DNA of 64,000 nucleotides from Eledone cirrhosa (Eukaryota): NCBI GenBank assembly GCA_964016885.1, contig OZ024740.1, positions 152,706,001 to 152,770,000 of the forward strand, read 5' to 3'. Shown piece by piece: positions 45,374 to 58,499 of this stretch (position 1 is its first letter; each line of letters starts with the position of its first letter). The notes under the pieces were generated by a model. It saw only the letters and a program-made list of their open reading frames with translations, ran no database searches and was not told where the DNA came from. The position numbers and the translations under genes were made by a program.

Positions 45374-46270
45374 ACTAGCAGCAGTACCCAGCATTGCCTG
45401 GGTAGGTAAAATAATATCTGATTTGATGAAAAGGTGTTGATTTTTTTGAAAATCGGTCGTAAGGTGTAACAAATGGCGAAATGTTGAGTGAAATCGTATG
45501 GAATATGTGGGAGGTGGAAAAAATCGTATTTTGAAGAGTTAAACGGCTGCCACGCCGTCCCTGAACAAAAAATGCAAAGTGTAAAGCTACTATAAGATGT
45601 GCAATGATAGGTTCTATCGTAGTATAAAAGTTGAACCAAATAAATTGAAATATGTGTGAGGTAGAGCCGAAGTTTCGAATTTGAACGAAATCGGTTGAAA
45701 AAATGTGGGAACTAGAGCCGAAAAGGCGGAAATTTGAGCGAAAAGGTGGTATTTTCGAATATTTAAGCGGTTGCCATGCCGTTCCTGAACAAAAAATCCA
45801 AAATATAAAGACATTTTAAGACGTGAAATAATCAGATCTAGCGTAGTGTAAAATTTGAATAAAGTAGGTTGATTAATGTGGGAGCTAGAGCCGAAAAAGT
45901 GGAAATTTGAATCTAAAAGTGGTATTTTTGAATATTTAAGCGACTGCCACACCGTCCCTGAACAACAAATGCAAAATATAAAGCCATTACAGGAAGTGCA
46001 ATGATAAATTCTATTTTGCTTTAAAATTTGAACGAAATCGGTGGCAAAATTCTTATTTTTCGATACCTAAAAAAAGGTGACCTCCTATCGATTTTTATCT
46101 GCTGAATGACCCTGTAATTTAAAAAAACGATACGCTGATATATAGAAAACACTCTCCGATGACTAATCTATGAGTCTGTAAAGTTTCATGAAAATCGGTC
46201 GTAAGATGTAGCCCCCTATAGGTAATACACAGACACACAGACACACACACAAATACTTAATTTTATATAT
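45374..46270 (-). mobile_element. Non-autonomous Helitron with internal minisatellite of about 180-220 bp
   Basis: Minus-strand 3' end: hairpin TACCCAG..CTGGGTA followed by CTAG|T (45374-45404). 5' end TATATATAAAA plus GT/GTCT microsatellite. Three internal repeats of gcggctgccacgccgtccctgaacaaaaaatgcaaa. Confidence 0.75.
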
Positions 46271-46560
46271 ACACAGATATGCAGGGAAGGGAGTCTATAA
46301 AGTCAACGCAGTGTCAAACGGAAGGTCGATACAAATATAAAATATGATGAATAAATGAAAAAATATATAAGATAAGAATAAAAAAATTAAGACAAAGAGA
46401 AAGTAAGTGGGAGGGGTTGTAATATATAAAGCAACACTAGAAAAAATAAATAAAAAGTAGAAAACATGGATACACGCGAACAAGCTCATACACACATACA
46501 TATATATAAATATACAATGATATTAAATAAATAGAAACTATATTTATAAAACCATATTTA

Positions 46561-46621
46561 TTCTATTATATATATATTTCAAGGGGTACCAAACATTTTG
46601 GTACTCTATCATCAGATAAAA
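46561..46621 (-). ncRNA. Type I hammerhead ribozyme
   Basis: Minus strand TTTAT-CTGATGA-tAGaGTACCAAA atg TTTGGTACccCTt-GAAA-(TA)n-TA-ATAGA. Confidence 0.62.
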
Positions 46622-46732
46622 TACGAAGTGTGTTTTATAAATTTTGACATAACCGTATACATACAGACAAAATCACGTGCACAAAAGCATACATACGCAT
46701 ACACACATACATACATACATATACACACACAC

Positions 46733-46778
<46 letters not shown>

Positions 46779-46973
46779 AAGTTATATTTAAAATTGTTGG
46801 GTTACAACTAGTAAATATTTATAACTGATATAAAAGCACTCGACAAATACTTGGAGTATATTTACAATATTAAATAAATGGAAAACTATATTTATAAAAC
46901 CATATCTATTTCATTATATATATTTCGGGGATATCATATTAACAATATGCTATGCCTTCATTGTATTTTGTAT

Positions 46974-47033
46974 TTTGTCTGATGAAGGCATAGCATATTG
47001 TTAATATGATATCCCCGAAATATATATAATGAA
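46974..47033 (+). ncRNA. Type I hammerhead ribozyme
   Basis: Same fold as 29385. The inverted arm (about 46790-46961) is truncated inside the CUGAUGA box. Confidence 0.65.
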
Positions 47034-47074
47034 ATAGATATGGTTTTATAAATATAGTTTTCCATTTATTTAAT

Positions 47075-47110
<36 letters not shown>

Positions 47111-47660
47111 GTAGCTATAATGTCTTTGAGAAAAGGCACAAACATATCACAATCTTTTTTTTTCTTACTTCATTATGCTTGTATCACATTCTCTGTGTAA
47201 AAACTGAACTTAGTGATTCGACAAAAAGATCAATAAAATAAATACCTGATTTGATGAAATAAGTACTGGGATCGATATGAACGACTGAAACCAGTAAAAA
47301 AAAAAGTATTTATAAGCCTACGGTTGTATAATTTACCAAATAGTTAACACTAGTTAACTTCCAAAAGTCACACATTACTAGACGATATTTTTAAACAAAA
47401 CTACAATATACAAATGTTATTCTAATGATGAATTAATACACCAGTGTTTCTCAGTTGATTTTTTCCTGCACTCCACTTCAATTTTTAAAATAAACAAAAA
47501 TAACCTACGCTCCATCACGATCAGACAAAGTTTGTATAGAGTATGTATATAACATAGTTTATAACAGAGTATATACGCTCTCTTTCTCTCTCTATCTATC
47601 TCTCTTACTCTTTCTCTCTCGTTCTCCCTCTCTTTCTCTCGTTCTCTCTCTCTTTCTCTT

Positions 47661-47694
<34 letters not shown>

Positions 47695-48471
47695 TCCCTC
47701 TTTCTTTATCTATATCTCTTTCTCTCTCTCACTATATTCATGCATACATGATCGCTGCAACTTGATTTTGAATAATGCCATTGCTTGATACTTAAGCATG
47801 AGCATCACCAACGTGGCTTTTTAGTCCTGCTAGGGACTTGCCTATGGCTAGCAATGCCATGTATCGCAAAGAAATGTCACATATCAAGCGATGCCTGTGC
47901 TCGAAGCTTTTTTAATTGAAGAAAGGTTTTGCACGGAGTCAAATCCCACTCTCTGAACATCGAACTCATTTACCCAAAAACAAGAACTGCTCTACGTCAT
48001 TGGATGTATACATGGTGGCTGCCAACTCGTTTTCGAGTACGGCCACTACTTTATATCCATGTAAGAGAACCCCTACCGATGCGCTGAACGAGTGTGACTT
48101 TTTAGTCCAGCCAGTGACTTGAAAACTCTGGTACAGACACTACACTTGTGACAATTATTGACACATAGTGCTGGGCTCATGGTACCATGTGACGACAAGT
48201 GCAGAGAGATCTCCAGATATAAAGCAATGCCTGTGCCGTGAGGCTTTTATAGTGAGCAAAGGTATTGCACAAAGCCAGTCCCACTCTCTTAACCAAGATG
48301 ATATTTACCAAAAAGAAGAACAAGTCAACATCATTGGATACCATCAGGGTTGCAGGTGTTATATCAGAGTTTTCCTTCTCCTAGAATTCTGCCTTGACAA
48401 AGGCTAAGGAGTCATCTCTCCCGGTGATTTTGGATGGCCATTGACTCTTTAGAGCTCCTTTGCCCTTTTTT

Positions 48472-48710
48472 GTATACATACATACATAGACACATACATA
48501 CATACGTACGTACATACATATATACATGAAAACATACATACATACATACATACATACATACACACACACACATACATACATAAAAACATACATACATACA
48601 TACACACATACATACATACATACATACATACATACATACATACATACATACATACATACATACATACATACATACATACATACATACATACATACGTACG
48701 TACGTACATA
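48472..48710. repeat. (CATA)n microsatellite
   Basis: Directly visible; adjoins the RTE 3' end. Confidence 0.95.
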
Positions 48711-48719
48711 TATCATCAT

Positions 48720-48958
48720 TATATCCGGCGGCCTCAGCCGAAATAGACTCAACAATTGATCTCCACGTGGGTCTGTCGTTCATTGCCGTTGCCAAGTCCT
48801 GGATTTCAATACCAGAATCTGTGAAGATGACATCGAGATAGGAGAGCTTCCGCCCCCTGTTATTAGTGACTGCTTGTGGCTTCCAAAGCACTAATGGGGA
48901 CACAGCTTCATAGGTGGCACGATGGCAGTGACCAGCAAATCTTACTTTCCTTTTACGT
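48720..48958 (-). pseudogene. RTE-clade LINE 3' end
   Basis: RKRKVRFAGHCHR..PLVLWKP..RGRKLSYLDVI..AMNDRPTWRSIV, followed by a short ATG-type tail and a (TATG)n tract. Confidence 0.75.
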
Positions 48959-49461
48959 ACATATATATATACATAGACACAGTGGCGTAGCTAGGGAGTG
49001 TTTCGCCCGAGGCATCTTGTGAGTTTGCCGCCCCCTGACCTCCCTCGGCCCGCCACAAAAAAAAAACATATTGTACAGTGACTCCCTCTTAAATTCTTAA
49101 TATTTATATTATCTATTTTGTGTACCATCATAATACAACTTTCACAAAAGAAATATTTATTATATGTGTCTATGATAGACACATATAATAAATATTTCTT
49201 TTTGTACTTGATATGTTCAGAAGTTTACATTTTGAAAATATTCTACTCATTTAAATAACTTTCAATAAGCTACGCAACACAAACAACGCAAACAAATTTG
49301 CTCATTTATATAAGTTATACACATTAATACCTCGAGATTAAATAGTAAAAAAAGAAACAAGTAATCTTCATTTATTAAACATGAGCATCATTTATGCATT
49401 ATTTATTGCAGTAATATACGTTATACATATTTAACACTCCCAGTCCCCCTATTGCACACAT

Positions 49462-49566
<105 letters not shown>

Positions 49567-49678
49567 GTGTCGGTGGGTGTTGGTGTGCGCCTACATGTCT
49601 GCAGTCTATAAATGTTTTATGAATGAAAATTTCGAAAATTTTAATATAAATAGATTGTCCTTAAATATGCGTATAGAT

Positions 49679-49771
<93 letters not shown>

Positions 49772-49859
49772 GGAGAGAGCAAGAGAGGGGAACAACATAT
49801 GTACGCCTATGTAGCTATGTATGAATAATAATAATAATAATCATAATAATAATAATAAT

Positions 49860-50830
49860 TACAAAAGATGCACAAAGATACAGTAATGGACTACAAATTT
49901 CAGAAGTCCCATTTACTGCTGAAATGGAAAACACAGAAAAAGCAAAGCAGGTAAAAGTAACTGCAAAGAAAGAACTGCTACAGAAACTGGCTAAGAAATG
50001 GCAAGAAAAGCCTCTGTATGGAAAATACCCAGAGCGAGCTAACAATCCTGATGTTGACAAAACTTTAACCCATCAGTGGTTGGCATCCTCTGGACTGAAA
50101 TCGGAGACTGAAGGACTGATTATATCGGCACAAGATCAGTGTCTGCCAACAAAAAATTACCAACCCAACATAATAAAAAATGGGTGCAGCCCATTATGCC
50201 GTGTATGCAAAAAACAACCAGAGACCATTGACCATATAATTTCAATGTGCAGTCCTATAGCTCCAACCGAATACCTAAACAGACATGACAGAGCTGCACA
50301 ATACATACATTGGATAATGTGTAAGCATTTTGACCTGCCCCATCAAAAGAATTGGTGGGAGCATCAACCACCTCCCATACTTGAAAAAGATCACATCTCA
50401 ATCTTGTGGAACTTTAGCATCCAAACAGACCGAAAAATAGATGCAAACAGACCTGATATAATATTGAAAGACTTTCAAAAGAGGGTATGCCTGCTAATTG
50501 ATATGCCTGTTCCAATAGACAAGAATGTATCTATAAAAACATTTGAAAAATTGAGCAAGTATAAGGACCTGGAGATAGAAATTGGAAAAATGTGGAAATT
50601 GAGAACTAAAACAATACCAGTGGTTGTAGGCGCTCTGGGAATGATACCTAAGGGGTCTAATGATTACATATCGCAAATCCCAGGAAACCCGCGTATAGGA
50701 GAAATACAAAAGATAGTACTAATGGGAACTGCCCATATACTAAGGAAGATTCTGTCAATATAAGTACATCACAAGTCTAAACACTAAAGATGCATATGTG
50801 AATATGTATGTTCTTTCTTGAACATGGCGG
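49860..50830 (+). mobile_element. 5'-truncated R4/Dong-like non-LTR retrotransposon (ORF 49924-50763: CCHC knuckle plus restriction-like endonuclease)
   Basis: CRVCKKQPETIDHIISMC, RHD, RPDIILKD, EKLSKYKDL, PVVVGALG; (AAT)n at 49824-49859 and 50908-50933. Confidence 0.88.
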
Positions 50831-51179
50831 ACCTTGTTGTCTCTTGAGGTCACTGGTTGCGACTTGGTGATAACTCGTATGAACATAAAGCAAGATAAAT
50901 GCAACTGTAATAATAATAATAATAATAATAATAAGGGAAGAAGACGCACATGGTGGGAAGAAGGTCATGAAATCGCTCCCGTAAGTTTTTGATTTTTAAC
51001 ATATTTAAATCAATTGTGAAATAACAATTCTTAGTACAAATGATGCATAAAGCACCAGACTCAAAGCTCAGGAAAATTCGGATCCATAATATATTGTTAT
51101 ATCGCTCAAATATTCAATTTTGTAATATACATTTTACATTCAAAAAAGAAAATGGTTATAAATGGAAGAAAACCCCCTC

Positions 51180-52000
51180 TGTTTACACTATATAGAACAG
51201 CCAAATAACAGCAATTTCACCAACACCACAAACTAGATACACCACCTACCCCATCACTCCTCTGTGTACACTAAATACAACAGCCAGATAACGGCAATTT
51301 CACCACCACCACCACCAATCCCAGCATAATAATTATAATTGCTATTATTATTGTCTCAAGTTTTCACAAAATTTTTAATCCAATATTAAGTAAATATGTC
51401 AACACATATACGCGACTAACCGCATAGATTCACCGATCAAACAAAAATACAGTCTATTCAACAAAACTCAGTAACGACAACGCCATCACTACAGTCACCG
51501 CCGCCACCACCCAACCATCATTACTACCACTATCCCATCACCGCCGCCGCCACCACTCCTTCATTGCTACCACCGCTATTCCCCCATTACCTTCTGTTAA
51601 CTTACGAAAGGGGAAGGTGGCGGTATCACTAGACAATATTAATAAACAATATTAATATTTAATTTTGGATCAGGAATGTTAGAGTCGAAAAGGGGAAAAA
51701 TGGCAAAATGACTAAATAGCTAAATAGCTAAAGATAATTTCACCACCAACACCACCACCACTACCACGCTAAAAACTCTGGTCAAGTTGCCTCAACCGCT
51801 ATTTCTACTCCAACTTCAACACCATCACTACAGTACTACGATCACATCACCACCACCACTGCCTCATTATCGCTACCGCCGCTATTCTCTCCCACTACCT
51901 CCTGCTAGGTACTACTAGCACAGCACCGCCACCACCACCACCACCACTGCCTCATTATCACTACCGCCACTATTCTCTCCCACTACCCCCTTGCTACATC
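51180..52000. repeat. ACC-rich low-complexity repeat with tandem duplications of about 85 bp
   Basis: caccaccaccactgcctcattatcgctaccgccgctattctctcccactacc repeated near 51850 and 51935. Confidence 0.7.
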
Positions 52001-52389
52001 GTAGTATCCCAACTAAAAGAGGAAGGCATCAAAATATATAAATAGACTGAATTGATGACCCGGTCAAAATCAAAAAACCAAAAATCAAAATCAAAGCAGC
52101 ACAGCAACAAAGAAAATCGTAAAGAAAAGAAAAATGAAGAGAAAAACAAACAGACGGACAGAGAAGGGAAGGGAAAAACTAAGTCAGACATTCAAACAGT
52201 ACAGTACAATGAAATTTATGCTTATTCATTTGGGGGGGGGGGGTTGCCTGTTTGTTTGTTTATTTATGTTCGTCTACAGCGTGATAATGCCACACAAAAA
52301 TCACCGGGAGTGACGAAATCACCGGAGGTGATGAAATCACCGGTGGTTATGTAACCATACATTCGCCAATCCTCGATAAGAGTGTTTAA

Positions 52390-55300
52390 ATGTCGAACCT
52401 AAACAGTTCGAATAACGGTGAAATGGAGACTAGAATGTCATGTGACAGACTCTCACCCAACAGGTGCTCCCTGGCTCAGCAGCAGGAACCTGGCTGTCAA
52501 CCAAATACTGCTGGTGTCGGAAGAAGGAAAGGGACCAGAACCAACTGGACGAAAGAATTGAATAGAACTGTTATGCAATGTTACCTGAAGAGTAACCCCA
52601 AGAAGAAAGGCTATAGGAAACGGATGCATAACATCTGGAACGAGATTGGTCTATTTAAATTAGATGAACAAAAATTGGCCGGGCAGGCTCGGGTAATAAG
52701 AACTAATGGGTGGATAAGCGAGCTGGAACTGGAGGAACTAAGCAGAGAGATTAGCTTGGAAATGGAGAGTGGAGTATGCCAGGCAAACGAGCCAGTGGGA
52801 AATGAAGGTGAAGAGGTTGAGAGAACGGAGGAACCACCCGAAGCAGACAATGATCTGAATGCTGAGATAAATAATACCTGGAACAGAGATACGGCCACTG
52901 AGGAGATGAATGCTGACGGGCTAGGACAAGATTTGGTTGATATCCTAAACTTAGTGGTAGATGAATTGAACAATGATAGTGGGAAACCTATGAACCTAAG
53001 ATTTATAGCCAGGAAGAAGTTAAAAGAAACAACAGCTAAGGTAAACAAAGTCATCCCATACCTTGAGGCGAGGAGCCTTCACCAGTGCAACAATATCCTC
53101 AAAGCAACAGCAAATACGGTGAGGAAACTACTTGGTATAAAAGCGAGAGGAAGCAACAAACAAGAAAGATCAGAACCTTGGTGGAAGAAACGACTGAGTG
53201 GTCAAATCAAGGAAATGGGAAATGACATTGGAAAGCTTGAGTCCCTACTGAATGGGACACTAAAAAACATAGACACTATAAATAGACTGGAAATAAAGTA
53301 CAAAACTAGGAGGAAAAAGCTAAATATTATCATAGAGGAACTGAAGCAACGCATTGTAGCAAAGAGTGCAAATATCAGGCGCTACGAGAACTGAGTCAGC
53401 CAGTATAGACAGAACCGCATGTTTGACAACAACCAGAAGATGCTGTTTGGACAGCTTGAAGGGAAAGAAAGAGGCAACGACTTGATCCCTGAGGCAGAAC
53501 AAACTAAAACATTCTGGAGAGGAATATGGGAGCAGGATGTTAAACATAATGACCAGGCAGTGTGGATTGAGACAGTACAGAAGAAGATTAGTGAACAGGC
53601 ACACCAACAAACTGATTTGAGAATCACAATTGAAACTCTTAAGGGGCAGACCAAAAAACTAACCAACTGGAAATCACCAGGCCCAGATGGTGTGCAGGGG
53701 TATTGGATTAAAAATATAACATCCCTCCACCCGAAACTAACAACCATGTTCAATGACTGCTTGATGTCAGGTGAGGTACCAGAGTGGTTGACAAAAGGTA
53801 CCACAGTTCTGATAATGAAAGACCGAATCAAGGGTAATGATGTTACCAACTATAGACCTATCACATGTCTGTCCGTAATGTGGAAACTGTTGACAAGCAT
53901 TATGTCTGAGGAAATCCACCATCACCTCCACACAAACAACTTGCTACCGGACGAACAGAAAGGATACCGAAAGAAGTCCCGTGGTACAAAGGACCAGTTA
54001 CTTATTGATAAGATGGTAATGAGGAATTGCAAGAGGAGACACACTGGTCTTGCCATGGGATGGATAGACTATAAAAAGGCATTTGACATGGTGCCTCATT
54101 CTTGGATCACCAAAAGCCTGGAGATCTTCAAGGTGGCAGATAACATCAGACAGTTGTTGGGCAAAAGTATGAAGTCCTGGGAAACAGAGTTAACATCAAC
54201 TGGAGAATCCTTGGGAAGCGTGAAGATCAAGAGAGGTATCTTCCAGGGAGATAGTCTGTCCCCTCTGTTGTTTGTCCTTGCCCTGACCAGTGTACTGCGA
54301 AAAGTGAGAGCAGGATACAGGTTGGGAAAGGGAGGGCTTACCATCAATCACCTCCTCTTCATGGACGATCTTAAGCTCTTCGGGAAGAGTGAGAAGGAGT
54401 TGGATGTGCTTGTTGACACTGTCCGTATTTTCAGCAATGATATATGTATGCAATTTAGTATTAATAAGTGTGGAGTCCTAGTGATGAAGATGGGATAAAT
54501 TGAGCAGAAGCAACGGAATCCAGGTACCAACAGGTGAGATGATAAAGGAAATTGACACTGAAGAAGGATACAAGTATTTGGGTGTTCTGGAGGCTGATGA
54601 CATCAAGAACAAAAATATGAAGGAATTGATAAGAACTGAATACATTCGAATAGTAAGAAGCGTATTAAAGTCACATCTGAACAGTAGGAATGCCATAAGT
54701 GCAGTAAATTCCCGAGCTGTGTCTATTATTAGATACAGTGCGGGAATTCTGAGATGGAATGTTGCTGAACAAAAAGAAATGGATAGGAAGACTAGGAAGC
54801 TATTGACTATCTACAACATGTTCCACAAGAGGAGTGATGTCGATAGACTCTACTTAAGGAGATCTGAAGGTGGAAGAGGTCTTATCAGCATAGAGGACTG
54901 TGTTCAGATGGAGAAAAACAACCTACACAAATACGTGACTGATAGTAAGGAGCCAATGCTCAGAACTGTACTGAAGGAGGGGACAATAGACCAGGGGATG
55001 TCCAAGGAGGAAATAACATCAAGGAGAAAGAGCAGCCTTCAGGAAAAATCACTTCATAGTACCTTCTTTGAGAAAACTGAATTCAGAGATCCACAGACAT
55101 GGAACTGGTTGAAAAGAGGAGACCTTAAAAAGGCTACAGAAGGTATATTAATGGCTGCGCAGGAGCAGGCCCTCAAAACGAAGTGCTTGAAACACCACAT
55201 TTACAAGGAGGAGGCTAGCCCACTGTGCAGGATCTGTGGAGAGAGAGAGGAGACTGTGGCTCACATTGTATCCGAGTGTAAACACCTAGCCCAGACTCAC

Positions 55301-55798
55301 TATAAGGGCTGGAGACATGATGTGATGGGCATGGTGATCCACTGGCACCTATGCAAAGTAAACAATTTACCACATTCTGAGAAGTGGTATGAGCATAAGC
55401 CAGAGTCGGTGATAGAAAACGATCAGGTGAAGGTGCTGTGGGATTTTAGGATACAGACGGACAAGAAACTGGAACACAATAGACCTGACCTGGTGGTTGT
55501 GGACAAAGAAAAAAGATCGTGCCTGATTGTGGATGTGGCCTGCCCATTCGACACGAGAGTGCAAGAGAAGGAGAGGGAGAAAATTAACCGATACTAGGAC
55601 TTAAAGTGGGAGGTAAAAAGGATTTAGAACTGCCATGAAGTCAAAGTGGTCCCGATTGTCATAGGCGCACTAGGCACTATCTCAAAAAGTTTCCCGGGAA
55701 GGTTAAAGAAAATTGGCCCCTTCACGCTTTTTGGAACGCTTCAAAAGGCATGCTTGCTGGGAACAGCAAGAACCCTCCGATACGTCCTGAATATCTGA
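52390..55798 (+). pseudogene. Near full-length R4/Dong-like non-LTR retrotransposon ORF (RT plus RLE), disrupted
   Basis: KSPGPDG, NYRPITCL, WIDYKKAFD, GIFQGDSLSPLLF, HLLFMDDLKL, CRIC..ETVAHIVSEC, RHD, RPDLVVVD. Stops at 53392 and 55595, frameshift near 54499; followed by (AAT)n at 55873. Confidence 0.92.
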
Positions 55799-55887
55799 GG
55801 CTGCAGGTAGTGGCTTGATATTCATTTCAACAAACTTTCCAGTTAACTAACATCAATGACTGAGACTCAAAGAATAATAATAATAAT

Positions 55888-55930
<43 letters not shown>

Positions 55931-56232
55931 AATAGTACACTGGATCTCCCTGCAACAAGTCTTAACACCCCGGCGGGCAGGCGCAGCAAAATAACACCCA
56001 GAAAACAATCTTTGCATACCAGACCCAGCCTCAGACAAACGGATGCGGCAAAAAAAAAAAAAAAAAAAAAAAAAAAATTATCCGGGAAAGACTGCCCTAA
56101 CACCGGCCAGAGTTACCTCCCTTGACCTGCTGCAAAATCAAAACAAGATATTTTTGCGAGCAATGAATCTTGATGTAGATTTAACCCCCAAAACTCTTTC
56201 CGAACTATATAAGGAACACTTGTGATTATTTA

Positions 56233-56274
56233 TGCCCTTGAGAAGCCCAACTGGGCGAAACGTACGTAGGTGAT
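56233..56274 (+). ncRNA. Minimal hammerhead, U3-A8 core (UUGAGAA)
   Basis: TGCCC-TTGAGAA-GCCC aact GGGC-GAAAC-GTAC-GTA-GGTG; palindromic stem III ACGTACGT; stem I imperfect. Confidence 0.62.
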
Positions 56275-57540
56275 ATTTTAAATAAACATGTTTTAACGGT
56301 CTATTCTCCGATTTTTTACTTTCCCACGTGCTTACGCTCTGCTAACTCTCTAGCCCACTAAATATTAACACTTCGAATATTTAATACTGCCGGCACTAGT
56401 ATCGAGCACCTTTGGCATACGCTACTTGGCAAATAACTATATGTATCACCTATCCCTCCTTTTTCTCTCTTTCTCGATATGTAAATACTATGTAAATACT
56501 ATATATATATATATATATAGCTATTTCTACTTTTGGCACAAGGCCAGCAATTAGCCCACTACATTACTGGTACTTTATATTATCGACCCCGTAAAGATGA
56601 AAGGTAAAGTTAATCTCGGCGGGATTTGAACTTAGACCATAAAGGGCCGTAACTCTTTGCTGCGAATAACGGCGATGAATTAGTTTTGCGAGGTTTTTGA
56701 TATGAAATCGTGTGTCGAAAAAAATATTGTTATACTTGGGGAGGGTCATATTTGTGTAATATTGCCAGAATTAATAACAGAACACACTCACTGTTTGCTT
56801 GGTTTTCGCTTTTCGCTTCTGTGTCTTTTATATCGGTAATCTAATTTATTCGGTCCTCAATGTTGCCATTGACTGACCAACGGTCAAAAATAATACAGAT
56901 ACAATATAGACACATATATATAGTTTATCAAAGTTCTTTCGTTGCACATCTGCAACATCGTCAGTGGTGCTATTGTTTCCTCCCGTTGCATTGTATTTTC
57001 TACGCCATCTTTATTTATAAATATATATATATATTTATTTATTTATTAAGGCCAATTACTACAAAGTCGTCATACCAGGAACAGTTCATTTCCATCGCCC
57101 CGATTAAGGTCCCTGGTAACTGGTTTTAATTATTATATTTAAAATCTTCATACAGACTTGAGTTGCTATTTACCTTGGATATCTATTACAACTACATATT
57201 TCTATACTTTGTTTATTTTGTGTTAATTAATCAATCGACACTATTGTACACAAGATAGTACACTCGATGAAGTATACATGTAGGTCTAGGCACTCCGGTG
57301 TATATATATATAATTGTTTCTGCTTTTGGCACAAGGTTACCCAGTGCATTACTGGTACTTTATTTTATCGACCCCGTAAGGATGAAAGGCAAAGTTAACC
57401 TCGGCGGGATTTGAACTCGGAATGGCAAGGGCCGTAACTCTATGCGTCAAAACATGGCGTCCGACCCTCTACCGATACTGTGAATCCACGAAGTAGAAGT
57501 CAATAAATAAGAATTTACTTCATTTATTTATTACACTATC

Positions 57541-57599
57541 ACTGTTATATGTATTTCGATGGTAACTTTTATATGATAGTTACGGCCTCATCAGACAGC
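57541..57599 (-). ncRNA. Type I hammerhead ribozyme
   Basis: Minus strand GCTGT-CTGATGA-GG..GTAACT..AGTTAC..TC-GAAA-TACATA-TA-ACAGT. Confidence 0.62.
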
Positions 57600-58410
57600 T
57601 ATTAAATGATGAAGGTTACATGAAAAAGGTTACATGACAAAAAATAAAAATTACTGATGCTGTTTCCATTCAGTGATACATCACGAGCTGGTTATTGATA
57701 TTGTTCCCTCAAAGCCATGCGGAATTCTATCCATTCGGGTAATCAAACTCCGGGTCCGGATGAAATAACTATATCTGTTACTAAGTCACTTACTATTTTT
57801 ACTAGGGCTGTAATGTTATCTGAAGTTACTGTGTTGGTTCTATCCGCACGACGTTTGTGTGAATTTCCCAGGGGTGAATTTCCTATTGGTGTGCCTACGC
57901 TAGTGATTGCTCTATGATCTACACTTACAATAGTGTTTTTGGTGTTCGAATCTGTGGTTGGGGCGTTGTATGCTCTGGGCCCGGAACCCTATTGTAGTCT
58001 ACTGTTGGTTATCTGGGTTTGGTCCTTTTAGTTTTTTGCTTGTAGTTGATGTGACTTAGTGTTTATCAGTTATAGAGTAGTCTAATTTGTCGTTTCCATT
58101 GTTTCTGTAAATATGCGGGTAAAACAAATACCAGGTAAAACAAATGTGTTTTATCGAAAAGGTTACTCGGGCACTCGTTAAATATTGACTAATAAAATAT
58201 GTACCAGACGGAAATTAATACTGTGTTCCATTTCATCGGCTAAAATCCTTGAAACCCTTGCTCCAGCCCGGTGGTCCGGAAAAAGGTCATGGGCGCTGGG
58301 CTTCCTACTGACTATCCAATTAAACTGAAGAAAAAAAACATAGACCTCATATGTAAACTTATTTTAATCCGTTGTTCACATCATATTTTTCTTCTCTCAT
58401 TTGATTTCAG

Positions 58411-58499
58411 ATGACACGACACATTTTAATAGTTGGTATTGTTGGCATAGTCCTATTGTCTCTTGTAAATGCCCGATATATTCCAGAGGAAGAATTGAG
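58411..58499 (+). CDS. Probable first coding exon of a secreted protein or peptide precursor (signal peptide)
   Basis: Polypyrimidine tract plus TTTCAG acceptor directly before ATG; MTRHILIVGIVGIVLLSLVNA-RYIPEEEL; consensus donor AG|GTGAGT (phase 2). Confidence 0.68.

Noticed and set aside
48980-49040. CAGTGGCGTAGCTAGG, resembling a DNA transposon terminus
   Set aside because: No matching second terminal repeat was found.
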